Positions 1-9,979 of a stretch of DNA of 64,000 bases are shown in pieces. The DNA comes from Candidatus Binatia bacterium (lineage in GTDB: Bacteria; Desulfobacterota; Binatia; UBA9968; JAJDTQ01). Where the stretch lies: positions 4,288,001 to 4,352,000 of the forward strand of contig OY762897.2 of NCBI GenBank assembly GCA_963666515.2, read 5' to 3'. Positions within the stretch are counted from its first letter, which is position 1. Every line of letters begins with the position of its first letter. The position numbers and the translations under genes were made by a program. The notes under the pieces were generated by a model. That model was not told the origin of the DNA, did not search any database, and was given only the letters and a program-made list of their open reading frames with translations.

Positions 1-708
1 GGCGTCGTCCTCGGCCACCACCACGAAACGCCCGAGACCGATCCGGGGCAGGACCGCCCCATCCTCCCCGTGAACCTCCCGCCACACCTCCCGGAACCGG
101 TCGGTGAAGCTCCGCGTGGGAGCGGCCGGGTCCAGGCTCACGATGTTGAGCCCCCGGCGCGCGGCCCGCTCGGCGCTCTCGGTGGAATGGACGCCGTACC
201 ACAGCGGCGGATGGGGCTTCTGCAACGGCTCCAGCTCCATGGGCACGTCCGTGAAGGTGAAGAACTCGCCGGTGAAGTCCAGAGTCTTCCGGGTCAACCC
301 TCGCAGGACGAGGTCGAGCCCCTCGGCGTAGATCCGCTGCGCCTCCTCCGGGTTCTGCCCGTACACCGCCAGCTCGATGGGGGAAGAGCCGCGGCCGAAA
401 CCGATGTCGAGGCGCCCGCCGCTCATCTGGTCAAGCATGCAGATCTCCTCGATGAGCCGGAGTGGATGGTAGAGCGGCAGCGCATAGACCATCGGCCCGA
501 AGCGAAGCCGCCGGGTGCGCTGGGCCACGGCGGCGAGGAACACGCTGGGGGACGGCGCCATGCCCAGCGGCGTCGAGTGGTGCTCCGCCACGTGGTAGGC
601 GTAGAACCCTTCGCGCTCGTACGCCTCGATGAGCGTCAGGCGCGCCTCGTAGTAGTCCCTCAACGGCAGGTCGCCGCGGTCCAGATGATCGAATACGCCG
701 AAATCCAT
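1..708 (-). CDS. LLM-class (luciferase-like) flavin-dependent oxidoreductase, 3' end runs off the window
   Basis: Not in ORF track. Manual translation from ATG at 708: MDFGVFDHLD...YHVAEHHSTPLGMAPSPSVFLAAVAQRTRRLRFG...HPLRLIEEICMLDQMSGGRLDIGFGRG, typical LLM motifs. Confidence 0.9.
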   Translation of the reverse strand, partial: MDFGVFDHLDRGDLPLRDYYEARLTLIEAYEREGFYAYHVAEHHSTPLGMAPSPSVFLAAVAQRTRRLRFGPMVYALPLYHPLRLIEEICMLDQMSGGRLDIGFGRGSSPIELAVYGQNPEEAQRIYAEGLDLVLRGLTRKTLDFTGEFFTFTDVPMELEPLQKPHPPLWYGVHSTESAERAARRGLNIVSLDPAAPTRSFTDRFREVWREVHGEDGAVLPRIGLGRFVVVAEDDA

Positions 709-981
709 GGGTGGGGCCGGTGCCGCACGGGAAAGAGCCGGTTTCGGATTACGACAGTCCGTGGATGCTGTCAACCGGCGTTTCCCCTCGTGCACGTCGT
801 TTCAGAAAGCCGGGGCACGAGGCTTCGGCCTCCCCGGCACAGGGCCTGACGCGTCCTCCTGGACAGCACCGGCGAAGAATGACATAAGTTGAAGGAAGTT
901 CAGCCCGTTCCCGGTCCCGACAGCACCACTTCCCGCAGTTCCTTTCAACGGGTCCCGCTGACGCGGTCGGCAGGAACCACC

Positions 982-1797
982 ATGCCCGACATCATCCTGT
1001 CCGACATCGTCCTCTACCTCGTATCCGGCGTCGTGCTGGGCTTTCTCATCGGCCTGACCGGCATCGGCGGCGGGGTGCTCACGGTGCCGTTCCTGCTGCT
1101 CGTCATCAAGCTGGAGCCCATCGCCGCGGTGGGGACGGCGGGCCTCTACGGCGTCCTCACCAAGATATGGGCCGCGGTCCGGCACTACCGGCAGGGGACC
1201 GTCAACCTGGACGTGGGCGTGCGGTTCTTTCTCGCCGCGGTCCCGGGAATCCTGGCGGGCTCACTGGCGGTGAAGTGGAGCCGGGTCTCGCTTTCCCCGA
1301 GCGGGGTCGAGACGCTCCAGGACATCGTGAGCTACATGGTCCTGGCGTCCATCTGCTTCGCGCTGGTGGCGCTGCTGTTAGACTACGACCGGCTGGACAC
1401 CCGCTTCCTCTCGTCCAGGAGGGGGGCCGCGGTGAAGTTCCCGTGCCTGTTTCTGGTGGGCGCGGTGATGGGGATGACGTCCATCGGAGGAGGCATCCTG
1501 ATCATTCCTTCGCTGCTGCTCTTCTACCGGGAGACGTCCCGCTACGTCGGCACGTCCATCTTCGTGGCGCTTCTCCTGATGACGGTGATGTCGGCCCTTT
1601 ACGCGTTCATCGGCCGGGGTCAGGGCGTCACCGACGTCGATTTCACCGCCGCCGTCTTCATGTCCGCGGGGTCCTTGGCCGGGGTCTACTACGGCGCCGC
1701 GCTGTGCAAGCGGATGCACCCGAGACGGCTTCAGGCCGTGGTGGTCGGGGTGATCGTCCTCGCCGCGGTGATGATGGTGGCCGACCGGTTCTGGTAG
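982..1797 (+). CDS. Sulfite exporter TauE/SafE family membrane protein
   Basis: Hydrophobic, two GxxGxGGG repeats (GLTGIGGG, GMTSIGGG), AVGT motif; ATG at 982 chosen as start. Confidence 0.85.
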   Translation: MPDIILSDIVLYLVSGVVLGFLIGLTGIGGGVLTVPFLLLVIKLEPIAAVGTAGLYGVLTKIWAAVRHYRQGTVNLDVGVRFFLAAVPGILAGSLAVKWSRVSLSPSGVETLQDIVSYMVLASICFALVALLLDYDRLDTRFLSSRRGAAVKFPCLFLVGAVMGMTSIGGGILIIPSLLLFYRETSRYVGTSIFVALLLMTVMSALYAFIGRGQGVTDVDFTAAVFMSAGSLAGVYYGAALCKRMHPRRLQAVVVGVIVLAAVMMVADRFW

Positions 1798-1949
1798 CTC
1801 CGCCCGGCCCCGGCGCCTCCGCCCGCGGGCCGCGCCGCCGAAGATTTGACCCGAGGCCGCCCAGGAACTATTACAAGTAGATTAAATCAGGCACGACGCG
1901 CGTGCCACGCGGGCTCGGAGGTAGAGCCTGCCCCCTTTCATCCTGACAG

Positions 1950-3899
1950 ATGGCGACCAACGACAGGCCGGCAAACGGTCCGGCTTCCGGCAACGGAATC
2001 GACTCCGACGTAGGGAAGTACGTATACGCGCGTACGTACGCCGGCATGGCCCTCGACAAGGACCGTGACGCGGGTGACGACGCCGCGGTGGTGTGGCGCA
2101 TCTTCAAGCTGGCCGCGCAGCGGCGGGTGCGGCTGGCGCTGGCGGCGGTGACGATCGTGGCGGCGGGGTTCTTCCAGCTCCTGATCCCCCAGTACCTGGG
2201 CGACGCCGTGGACGGCGCCGTCATGCTGCTGGGGAGCGCGTCGGTCTCCGCGCAAGAAGCGCGGGACGTCCTCTACGAAACGGCGCTGCTGCTGCTGGGC
2301 GCCTCGGTCCTGCGCGGCCTGTTCACCCTGACCCACAACTACTGCGGCGAAACGCTCGGGCATCAACTCGCCTACCGGCTCCGGATGGCCTTCTACGACA
2401 AGCTGCAGCATCTGAACTTCTCCTTTCACGACCGTGTCCATACCGGCGAGCTCATCACCCGCGGGATGCTGGACCTGGAAGGGGTGCGCTCCTTCATGAA
2501 CATGGGCCCGCTGCGGCTGCTGCTGTTCTCCGTGCTGATCGGGGTGGGAGCCTACCTGATGCTGTCCACGGACGTGTTCCTGGGAGTCCTGAGCCTCAGC
2601 TTCGTGCCGTTCGTCGCGTGGCGCTCCACCACCGCCCGGCTGCGGCTGCGGGAGATGTGGTTCGCCTTGCAGGAGCGCATGGCCGTGCTCGGCCGGATCA
2701 TGGACGAGAACCTCACCGGCATCCGGGTGGTGCGGGCGTTCGGCGCCGAGTCCCACGAGCTGGACAAGTACCAGGCCGCCTCGGATCACGCGCTGGCGCT
2801 GGCGGCCCGGCGCATCCGCACCCGCGTTTCCGCCGCTACTTCCATGAACTTCGCGTTTTTCGTCGCCATGGGCCTGGTGCTGTGGGTCGGGGGATTGCGC
2901 GTGATCAACGGCGCCATCACCGTGGGCACCCTGACGGAGTTCATCTTCTTCATGACCCTTCTCCAGCAGCCGGTGCGCCAGCTCGGCATGGTGGTGAACG
3001 CGTTCGCCAGGGCGTCCACCTGCGGCTCGCGGCTGTTCGCGGTGCTGGACCTGGAGCCGCCCATACGCGACCGCGACGGCGCGACGTCGCTGCAGGTCAC
3101 GGACGGTGTCCTGGAATTCGAGGACGTCTCCTTTGCCTATGCGGGCGAAGGGGCGCCGCCGGTCCTCCGCGGAGTCTCGTTCCGGGTGGAACGGGGCAAG
3201 ACCCTCGGCATCGTCGGCCCTCCCGGCAGCGGCAAGTCCACCATCGCCCATCTCCTTCCGCGCTACTACGACGTGTCCGGCGGGCGCATCACGGTGGACG
3301 GCCAGGACATTCGCGGCGTCACCCTCGACTCCCTGCGCCGGACGGTGCGCGTGGTCCAGCAGGATACGTTCCTGTTCACGTCGTCTCTGGAGAACAACAT
3401 CGCCTACGGCGACCCGTGGGCCGATGACGGCGCCATCCGGGACTCCGCGGCCACCGCCCGGATCGACGGGTTCATCGACCAGTTGCCTGACCGCTACGAG
3501 ACCCTGGTGGGCGAGCGCGGGGTGTCGCTGTCCGGCGGGCAGAAGCAGCGCGTGGCCATTGCCCGCACCGCGATGTTGCGGCCGGCGGTGCTGGTGCTGG
3601 ACGATTCCATGGCCGCCATCGACGCGGGTACCGAGCAGCGCATCCGCGAAGCCTTGAAGGAGCACACCGCAAGCTGCGCCACGCTCATCGTTTCCCACCG
3701 TCTGGGGGCGTTGCGGCACGCCGACGAGATCATCTTCATCGAGGACGGTCGCGTCATGGAACGCGGCACCCACGACGAGTTGGTGGCGCTGCGCGGGAGA
3801 TACGCCGCGCTGTTCGCCCTCCAGACCCTGGACGGCCCGCTCCAGGATGTCGTTGACCTTGCGGCCGAAGCCGGCGCCCGGGAGGGGACGGGAGCATGA
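1950..3899 (+). CDS. ABC exporter, fused TMD-NBD (subunit with degenerate Walker B of a heterodimer)
   Basis: Six TM region, Walker A GPPGSGKS, LSGGQKQR, Walker B LVLDDS (Asp replaces catalytic Glu). Confidence 0.92.
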   Translation: MATNDRPANGPASGNGIDSDVGKYVYARTYAGMALDKDRDAGDDAAVVWRIFKLAAQRRVRLALAAVTIVAAGFFQLLIPQYLGDAVDGAVMLLGSASVSAQEARDVLYETALLLLGASVLRGLFTLTHNYCGETLGHQLAYRLRMAFYDKLQHLNFSFHDRVHTGELITRGMLDLEGVRSFMNMGPLRLLLFSVLIGVGAYLMLSTDVFLGVLSLSFVPFVAWRSTTARLRLREMWFALQERMAVLGRIMDENLTGIRVVRAFGAESHELDKYQAASDHALALAARRIRTRVSAATSMNFAFFVAMGLVLWVGGLRVINGAITVGTLTEFIFFMTLLQQPVRQLGMVVNAFARASTCGSRLFAVLDLEPPIRDRDGATSLQVTDGVLEFEDVSFAYAGEGAPPVLRGVSFRVERGKTLGIVGPPGSGKSTIAHLLPRYYDVSGGRITVDGQDIRGVTLDSLRRTVRVVQQDTFLFTSSLENNIAYGDPWADDGAIRDSAATARIDGFIDQLPDRYETLVGERGVSLSGGQKQRVAIARTAMLRPAVLVLDDSMAAIDAGTEQRIREALKEHTASCATLIVSHRLGALRHADEIIFIEDGRVMERGTHDELVALRGRYAALFALQTLDGPLQDVVDLAAEAGAREGTGA

Positions 3900-5773
3900 C
3901 GCCGACCAGGACATGGGGCGGCCGGACGCGCCCGCCGAAGGCCGTGGTGGGCTCGCAGATCAGCCGCGACGAGGAGATGTTCGGCGCTGCCTTCGACCGT
4001 CACGTGATACGGCGTTTCCTGGCCTATGTCCATCCCTACCGGCGGCGTCTCTACACCGCCATCGGCGCCCTGCTGCTCTTCACCGGCGCCCAGTTGGCCA
4101 TCCCCCTGGTGGTCCGTTACGCCATCGACTACGCCATCGTTGCCGGCGACGCCGGGCTGCTGGGCTTCGCCGTCGCCGTCTTCTTCGCGGTGATCCTCGT
4201 GAATTATGCGGCCAACTTCACCCAGGACTGGCTCGTGAGCTTCGCCGGCGAGCAGGTCATCTTCGACCTGCGCCGCGCCATGTTCGCCCATCTGCAATAC
4301 GTCGCCCTGGCCTTCATGGACAAGACCGAAGTGGGGCGCATGATGTCGCGGCTGCAGGGAGACGTGTACTCGCTCCAGGAGTTCCTGGAAAACTCCATCA
4401 CGGCCCTGGGCGATCTCCTGCTGTTGTTCGGCATCGTCGCCATCATGCTGTGGCTGGACTTCGATCTCGGCCTGCTGACGCTGTCGGTGGTGCCGGTGCT
4501 CCTGCTGGTCCGCATGGTATGGCTGCCGCGCGCCCGGGTTGCCTTCCGCTACGCGCGGGAGACCAATTCCATCGCCAACGGCGCCCTGGCCGAAGGCATT
4601 CACGCCGTACGCACCGTGCAGGGCATGCGGCGGGAGGCCGTCAACTTCCATCTCTACGACGAGAAGGGGACGGAGAACCTCAATGCCCACCTGCGGTCGG
4701 CCCAGTATGCCCAGGTGCTGGTGCCCATCGTCGATACGTTGACCGGCGTGGCCCTCGGAGTGGTGGTGGTGGTGGGCGGCGCCCTGGTGCTCGACGACTC
4801 CCTGGACCTCGGCGTGATGGCGGCGTTTCTGCTCTACGTGCAGCGGTTCTTCGACCCCATCCGCTCCCTCACCATCCAGTACAGCGTCATGCAACGGGCC
4901 ATGGCCTCGGGCCAGCGCATCTTCGAGGTGCTGGACGTGCCGCTGGCCGTCCAGGACAAGCCCGACGCCATCGCACCCGAGGACGTCGCCGGCCGGATCG
5001 AGTTCCGTGACGTCACTTTCGGCTACGAGAAGCACCTGCCGGTGCTGAAGAACGTCAACTTCACCATCGAGCCCGGCGAGACGGTGGCGCTGGTGGGGCC
5101 CACCGGCTCCGGCAAGACCAGCACGACGGCGCTGCTGCACCGCTTCTACGACGTGTGGGAAGGGGCCGTCCTGCTCGACGGCCGCGACGTGCGGGACTAC
5201 GCATCCGCGGCGCTGGGCCGGCACATCGCCATGGTGCTGCAGGACCCGTTCCTGTTCACCGGGACGATCCGGGACAACATCCGCTTCCGCACCACCCACG
5301 CCACCGACCGGGACGTGGAGCGGGCAGCGAGGATCGTCGGCGCCCATGAGTTCATCATGCGCTGGCCGGACGGCTACGACACCATGCTCGAACAGGGGGG
5401 CGGCAACCTGTCGCTGGGACAGCGCCAGCTTCTGAGCTTCGCCCGCGCGCTGGTGGCGGACGCCCGGGTGCTGGTGCTGGACGAAGCCACCGCCAACATC
5501 GATTCCTACACCGAGCGGCAGATCCAGATCGGTCTTGCCGCGCTGCTGGAAGGCCGCACCGGCATCGTCATCGCCCACCGGCTTGCCACGATCCGCGACG
5601 CCGACCGCATCATCGTGCTGCAGGACGGCCGCATCGTCGAGACCGGCACCCACCAGGAGCTGACCGCGCGGAAAGGCCTCTACGCGCGGCTGTACGCTCT
5701 CAACTACACTTCTTTCGACGACCTGCCGGAGGATCTGGTCAAGGACGCGGTGGGGGAGACGGCCCGTTCCTAG
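3896..5773 (+). CDS. ABC exporter, fused TMD-NBD (partner subunit)
   Basis: GPTGSGKT, LSLGQRQ, LVLDEAT, IAHRL; ATGA overlap with upstream gene. Confidence 0.92.
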   Translation: MTPTRTWGGRTRPPKAVVGSQISRDEEMFGAAFDRHVIRRFLAYVHPYRRRLYTAIGALLLFTGAQLAIPLVVRYAIDYAIVAGDAGLLGFAVAVFFAVILVNYAANFTQDWLVSFAGEQVIFDLRRAMFAHLQYVALAFMDKTEVGRMMSRLQGDVYSLQEFLENSITALGDLLLLFGIVAIMLWLDFDLGLLTLSVVPVLLLVRMVWLPRARVAFRYARETNSIANGALAEGIHAVRTVQGMRREAVNFHLYDEKGTENLNAHLRSAQYAQVLVPIVDTLTGVALGVVVVVGGALVLDDSLDLGVMAAFLLYVQRFFDPIRSLTIQYSVMQRAMASGQRIFEVLDVPLAVQDKPDAIAPEDVAGRIEFRDVTFGYEKHLPVLKNVNFTIEPGETVALVGPTGSGKTSTTALLHRFYDVWEGAVLLDGRDVRDYASAALGRHIAMVLQDPFLFTGTIRDNIRFRTTHATDRDVERAARIVGAHEFIMRWPDGYDTMLEQGGGNLSLGQRQLLSFARALVADARVLVLDEATANIDSYTERQIQIGLAALLEGRTGIVIAHRLATIRDADRIIVLQDGRIVETGTHQELTARKGLYARLYALNYTSFDDLPEDLVKDAVGETARS

Positions 5774-5785
5774 CGGGACGGGGCC

Positions 5786-6373
5786 CTAGCCCGCCTCGGG
5801 CAACAGGTCGCCCGCCTGTTTGATGATGGACTGCAACAGTCCCTGGTCCGGACGGCTGCGCGCAAGCACCAGCATACCCAGGAAAAGTGTGTGGAGGGTT
5901 CGCGCCGTGGAAGCCGGGTCCACGGTATCCGAGATCTCGTCGGAGGCCTGCCCCCGTTCGATCGAGGTCTGGAAGAAGTCCTCGACGTCGGCAAACCCGT
6001 CGACCACGACGGACCCGATCTCGGGGTCGTGAGGCGAAAGCTCGAGCGCCGTGTTGACCAGAAAGCAGCCGTCGCGGGAACCTTGATCCAGCACCGTCTC
6101 GGCGACGAACTCGAACGGGTTCAGCACCGCTTGGCGCGGCGGTTTCGACGACGAAAGATCCGCATAGTAATTCGCGCGCTCCGTGTAGTAGTGGCGCAAC
6201 GCCCTCATGAACAGGGAACGCTTTCCGCCGAAGGTCCCGTAAAGGCTGCCCCGCCCGATGCCCATACCGTCCACGAGATCCTGTATGGAAGTCGCCTTGT
6301 AGCCATGGACCCAGAAGAGCCGCATCGCCTTCATCAAGGCCTCGTGCTCGTCGAACTCCTTTGGTCTACCCAT
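5786..6373 (-). CDS. TetR/AcrR family transcriptional regulator
   Basis: MGRPKEFD...FWVHGYKATSIQDLVDGMGIGRGSLYGTFGGK HTH; GCFLVN motif. Confidence 0.92.
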   Translation of the reverse strand: MGRPKEFDEHEALMKAMRLFWVHGYKATSIQDLVDGMGIGRGSLYGTFGGKRSLFMRALRHYYTERANYYADLSSSKPPRQAVLNPFEFVAETVLDQGSRDGCFLVNTALELSPHDPEIGSVVVDGFADVEDFFQTSIERGQASDEISDTVDPASTARTLHTLFLGMLVLARSRPDQGLLQSIIKQAGDLLPEAG

Positions 6374-6545
6374 AAACGGTTTCCCTTCACGCGCCTACCT
6401 TGTCGTCCAAGGGAATGCACGGGTCTCAGCAGACTAGTCCTGCGACTTCATGCCGTGAAGCGGAGGGTGCGATATTACAATATTGGTATAGCTGAAATCA
6501 ACCAGTGCAAAGAACAATGATTTCCGATTCGCGAAGGGACAGATA

Positions 6546-6567
6546 CCGCCACTTCGCGAAGTGGCGG
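6546..6567. terminator. Perfect 22-bp palindrome, probable terminator of the minus-strand dpp/oxidase operon
   Basis: ccgccacttcg|cgaagtggcgg, about 50 bp past the stop at 6615. Confidence 0.5.
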
Positions 6568-6614
6568 ATTGCTGATTCACGAAGTGAAGCATTAACTGTT
6601 GACGAAAACAAGGA

Positions 6615-7844
6615 CTAAAATGGATAGGGCAGGAGGTGGGTTTCGGCGTTCAGGTCGTGGATCGAGCCGCAACCCAGGAGCCGCATGGTGTCCTCGATCT
6701 CCTTCCTGAGGATGGCGAACGCCTTGCGGACACCGGCTTCGCCGCCCGCGCCGAGCCCGTAGACGTAGGCCCGTCCGGCGAGCACGGCGTCGGCTCCGTG
6801 CGCGAGCGCAATCACCAAGTCGGAACCGGACCGCACGCCTCCGTCCAGCAGCACCCTGACGCCGGAGCCCTTGAGCGCGGGCGCGATCTCCTTCAGCATG
6901 TACAGGGTGGGGTAGACGCGGTCCATCTGGCGTCCGCCGTGGTTGGAGACGACGACCGCGTCCGCGCCATGCTCCGCGGCCAGCAAGGCGTCCTCCGCGC
7001 ACTGCACGCCCTTGATGACCACCGGCCTGTCCCCGCCCCAGATTTCCCGCACCCACGGCAGGTGCTCCCAGGTGACCGCGGAAGCTCGTAGCTGCGTGCC
7101 GATGTCGGTGTACGGCATCGGCGTGCCGTCGTTCAGGATGACGTTGCGGAACTGCATCATCCCGCCGTCGGAGCAGTAGCTCTTGAGCCACGAGCGGTAG
7201 CGCACCATCTGCGGCGCGAACCTCAGCTTCTGCATCGGCGTGCCGCCGATGGCCCGGGACGCCCCCATCCACTCGTGGTGCGCGCGGTTGCCGGGGACGG
7301 CCGTGTCGATGGTCAGGACGAGAGCCGAGTAGCCCGCGTTCTTCGCCCGCTCGATGCCGCGGGCCGCAACCTCCGGTCCGCCGACGAGATAGAGCTGGAA
7401 CCAGCACGGCCCCTTCGTGGCGGCCCGGACTTCCTCCAGGTCCGTTCCCGTCAGCGTGGAGAGCGTGCAGATGGTCCCGGCCTCGCCCGCGGCCCTGGCC
7501 GCCACCGCCTCGCCGCGGGGCCAGATCATCCGGGGGCTGCCGATGGGTCCGGCGATCACCGGCAGGTCGATCTCGTGCCCGAGAATCTCGGTGCGCATCT
7601 CCACCGAATCGAGCCGCACCCCGGACCTCGGCTTGAACCGTTCCCGCCGGAACGCCTCGACGTTGTCCCTGAGCGTGATCTCGTTGTCGGCCCCACCGCG
7701 GTAGTACTCCCTGACGATGGGCGGCACGCGCCGCTCCATCACCTGGCGGAGATGATCCACCGTCACGCACCGCTCGACCTCTCTTGCCCAGCGTTTCTCG
7801 GCGCGCGCGTGGGCGCGTCTCAGGTAGGGTCCCAGCAGGAACAT
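6615..7844 (-). CDS. FMN-dependent alpha-hydroxy-acid oxidase/dehydrogenase (lactate/mandelate dehydrogenase family)
   Basis: YYRGGA, WFQLY, LTID, VIKG, SNHGGRQ, DGGVRSGSD motifs. Confidence 0.92.
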   Translation of the reverse strand: MFLLGPYLRRAHARAEKRWAREVERCVTVDHLRQVMERRVPPIVREYYRGGADNEITLRDNVEAFRRERFKPRSGVRLDSVEMRTEILGHEIDLPVIAGPIGSPRMIWPRGEAVAARAAGEAGTICTLSTLTGTDLEEVRAATKGPCWFQLYLVGGPEVAARGIERAKNAGYSALVLTIDTAVPGNRAHHEWMGASRAIGGTPMQKLRFAPQMVRYRSWLKSYCSDGGMMQFRNVILNDGTPMPYTDIGTQLRASAVTWEHLPWVREIWGGDRPVVIKGVQCAEDALLAAEHGADAVVVSNHGGRQMDRVYPTLYMLKEIAPALKGSGVRVLLDGGVRSGSDLVIALAHGADAVLAGRAYVYGLGAGGEAGVRKAFAILRKEIEDTMRLLGCGSIHDLNAETHLLPYPF

Positions 7845-7868
7845 GTCCGTTCGCCCCTCTTGTCTCCC

Positions 7869-8876
7869 TCAGCCATCCGGAATCCCCGTGCGCGGGCATC
7901 GCGCCGACCGGCCCGGGGCCAGTTCCTCCAGGTCCGGCACCCGCTCGCGGCAGGCGGCTACGACCCTCGGGCATCGGGGACCGAAGGCGCAGCCCGGAGG
8001 CATGTCCAGGAGGTCCGGGGGCGCGCCGGGTATCGGCGCCAGCTTGCCGCGCTCGCTGCCGGCATGGACCGTGGAGTTGAGGAGGCCGATGGTGTAGGGG
8101 TGCCGCGGCGCGTCGATGACCTCGGCCATGGCGCCGGTCTCCACGAAGCGCCCGGCGTACATTACCGCCACCCGGTCGGAGATCTCGCACGCCACCCCCA
8201 GGTCATGGGTGACGAAGATCGTCGCCATGCCCAGCTCGCGCTGCAGCTCCCGCAGCAGCAGCAGGATCTGAATCTGCACGGTGGCGTCCAGCGCGGTGGT
8301 GGGCTCGTCCGCCAGCAGCAGCTTGGGCCGGCAGGACAAGGCCAGGGCGATCATGACCCGTTGCCGCAGCCCGCCCGACAGCTCGTGCGGGTAGGCGTCC
8401 AGCCGCCGGCGCGCCGAAGGCACCTGGACGAGTTCCAGCATCTCCAGCGCCCGCGCCCGCCCGGTCGACCACGAGATGCCCTCGTGCCACACCACCACCT
8501 CCGCGATCTGGTGGCCGACGGTGAACACCGGGTCCAGCGCCGTCATGGGCTCCTGGAAGATCATTGAAACCTGGGTGCCGCGAATGGCCCGCAGCCGGTC
8601 CGCGTCCAGGGCGAGGACGTCGACGCCGTCCAGCAACACCGTTCCCCCGATGCGCGCCGTGGGCGGCAGCAGTTGCACCAGGGCGCGCATGGTCACGGTC
8701 TTACCCGAGCCGGATTCGCCCAGGAAACAGAGGGTCTCGCCCAGGTGCAGGTCGAAATCGACGCCGTTGATGGCGCGCAGCGTCATGCCCTCGCTCAGGA
8801 ACTCCACCGAGAGGTCCCGGACCGACAGGAACGTGCCGGCGCGGCCGTCCGCGGGCGTGAGGCCGTCGGTACTCAC
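7869..8876 (-). CDS. Peptide/nickel ABC importer ATP-binding subunit (DppD-like)
   Basis: GESGSGKT, LSGGLRQR, ADEPTTALD, C-terminal GCAFGPRC; GTG start at 8876 overlaps the upstream stop. Confidence 0.9.
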   Translation of the reverse strand: MSTDGLTPADGRAGTFLSVRDLSVEFLSEGMTLRAINGVDFDLHLGETLCFLGESGSGKTVTMRALVQLLPPTARIGGTVLLDGVDVLALDADRLRAIRGTQVSMIFQEPMTALDPVFTVGHQIAEVVVWHEGISWSTGRARALEMLELVQVPSARRRLDAYPHELSGGLRQRVMIALALSCRPKLLLADEPTTALDATVQIQILLLLRELQRELGMATIFVTHDLGVACEISDRVAVMYAGRFVETGAMAEVIDAPRHPYTIGLLNSTVHAGSERGKLAPIPGAPPDLLDMPPGCAFGPRCPRVVAACRERVPDLEELAPGRSARCPRTGIPDG

Positions 8877-9979
8877 CGCCGGCTCCCCCCGGTTTCGAGC
8901 GCGGTTCCGGCGCCGCGTTCCGGCGCCTGGCCGTGGCCGCTGCCCGGCACCAGCGCGTGGCACGCGGCCAGGTGGGCCGGTTCCGCGCCGAAGCGGTCCA
9001 GCACCGGGTCGACGGACGCGCACACGGGCTCCGCCAGCGGGCAGCGGGTGCGGAAGCGGCATCCGGAAGGCGGGTTGATGGGACTCGGGAGATCCCCCGC
9101 CACCGGCGGCGCGTCGATGCGCCGGCGCGGGTCCATGCTGAGGCGGGAGGCGATGAGCGCCCGCGTGTACGGGTGACCCGGGTGGCCGTACACCTTGTCC
9201 ACCGGCCCGATCTCCACCACCTTGCCGAGATACATCACCAGCACCCGGTCGCTGATGAAACGCACCACGTTGAGGTCGTGGGAGATGAAGACGTAGGTAA
9301 GGCCCAGACGCTCCTTGATCTCGATGAGGAGGTTCAGCACCTGCGCCTCCACCGACTTGTCCAGCGACGACACGGCCTCGTCGAGAAGCAGGAGGCGGGG
9401 ATTCAGGGCCAGCGCCCGCGCCACGTTCACGCGCTGCCGCTGGCCGCCCGAAAGCTCATGGGGATAGCGGTCGGCGAAGATGGCGGGTTCGAGGCCCACG
9501 AACTCCAGGACCTCGGCGGCGCGCCGGCGCGCCTCCGCCCGCCTGACGCCCCGGGCGGCCAGACCGAAGCTGACCTCCTCGGCCATGGTGTGGCGCGGGT
9601 TGAGCGAGGAGTAGCTGTCCTGGAACACCATCTGCACGTTGCGCCGGAGCGTGCGCAGGGACATGCCGTCGCGTCCGCCGACGTCGCGCCCGTCCAGCAG
9701 CATCTCCCCGTCATCCGGCTCGATCAGGCGCATGAGCAGCCGCGCGGTGGTGGACTTGCCGCAGCCGGACTCTCCCACCACGCCCAGGGTCTCCCCCGTG
9801 GCGACGGTGAAGCTGATGCCGTCCACGGCCTGCACGTACGCCGGCCCGACGCCCCCCGAGCCGCCCCTCAACCGGAAGTACTTCCGCAGCCCGCTGACGC
9901 TGAGGATCGGGCGGCCGTCGCCGTGCGGGTCCGTTGCCGCGCGCGCGGGCGGGTCCGCGGTTGCCGGGGTCGCGTTCAC
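8873..9979 (-). CDS. Peptide/nickel ABC importer ATP-binding subunit (DppF-like)
   Basis: GESGCGKST, LSGGQRQR, PPSGCRFRTRCP. Confidence 0.9.
   Translation of the reverse strand: MNATPATADPPARAATDPHGDGRPILSVSGLRKYFRLRGGSGGVGPAYVQAVDGISFTVATGETLGVVGESGCGKSTTARLLMRLIEPDDGEMLLDGRDVGGRDGMSLRTLRRNVQMVFQDSYSSLNPRHTMAEEVSFGLAARGVRRAEARRRAAEVLEFVGLEPAIFADRYPHELSGGQRQRVNVARALALNPRLLLLDEAVSSLDKSVEAQVLNLLIEIKERLGLTYVFISHDLNVVRFISDRVLVMYLGKVVEIGPVDKVYGHPGHPYTRALIASRLSMDPRRRIDAPPVAGDLPSPINPPSGCRFRTRCPLAEPVCASVDPVLDRFGAEPAHLAACHALVPGSGHGQAPERGAGTALETGGSRR

Noticed and set aside
70-849. 259-aa plus-strand ORF and similar long antisense ORFs (1938-3914, 3494-5653, 21875-24538, 26200-27696, 34632-36299, 54077-56770)
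   Set aside because: Shadow ORFs opposite well-supported genes, expected at this GC content; no motifs of their own
1950-5773. Defective ABC transporter because of LDDS and LSLGQ
   Set aside because: One degenerate nucleotide site is normal for heterodimeric exporters
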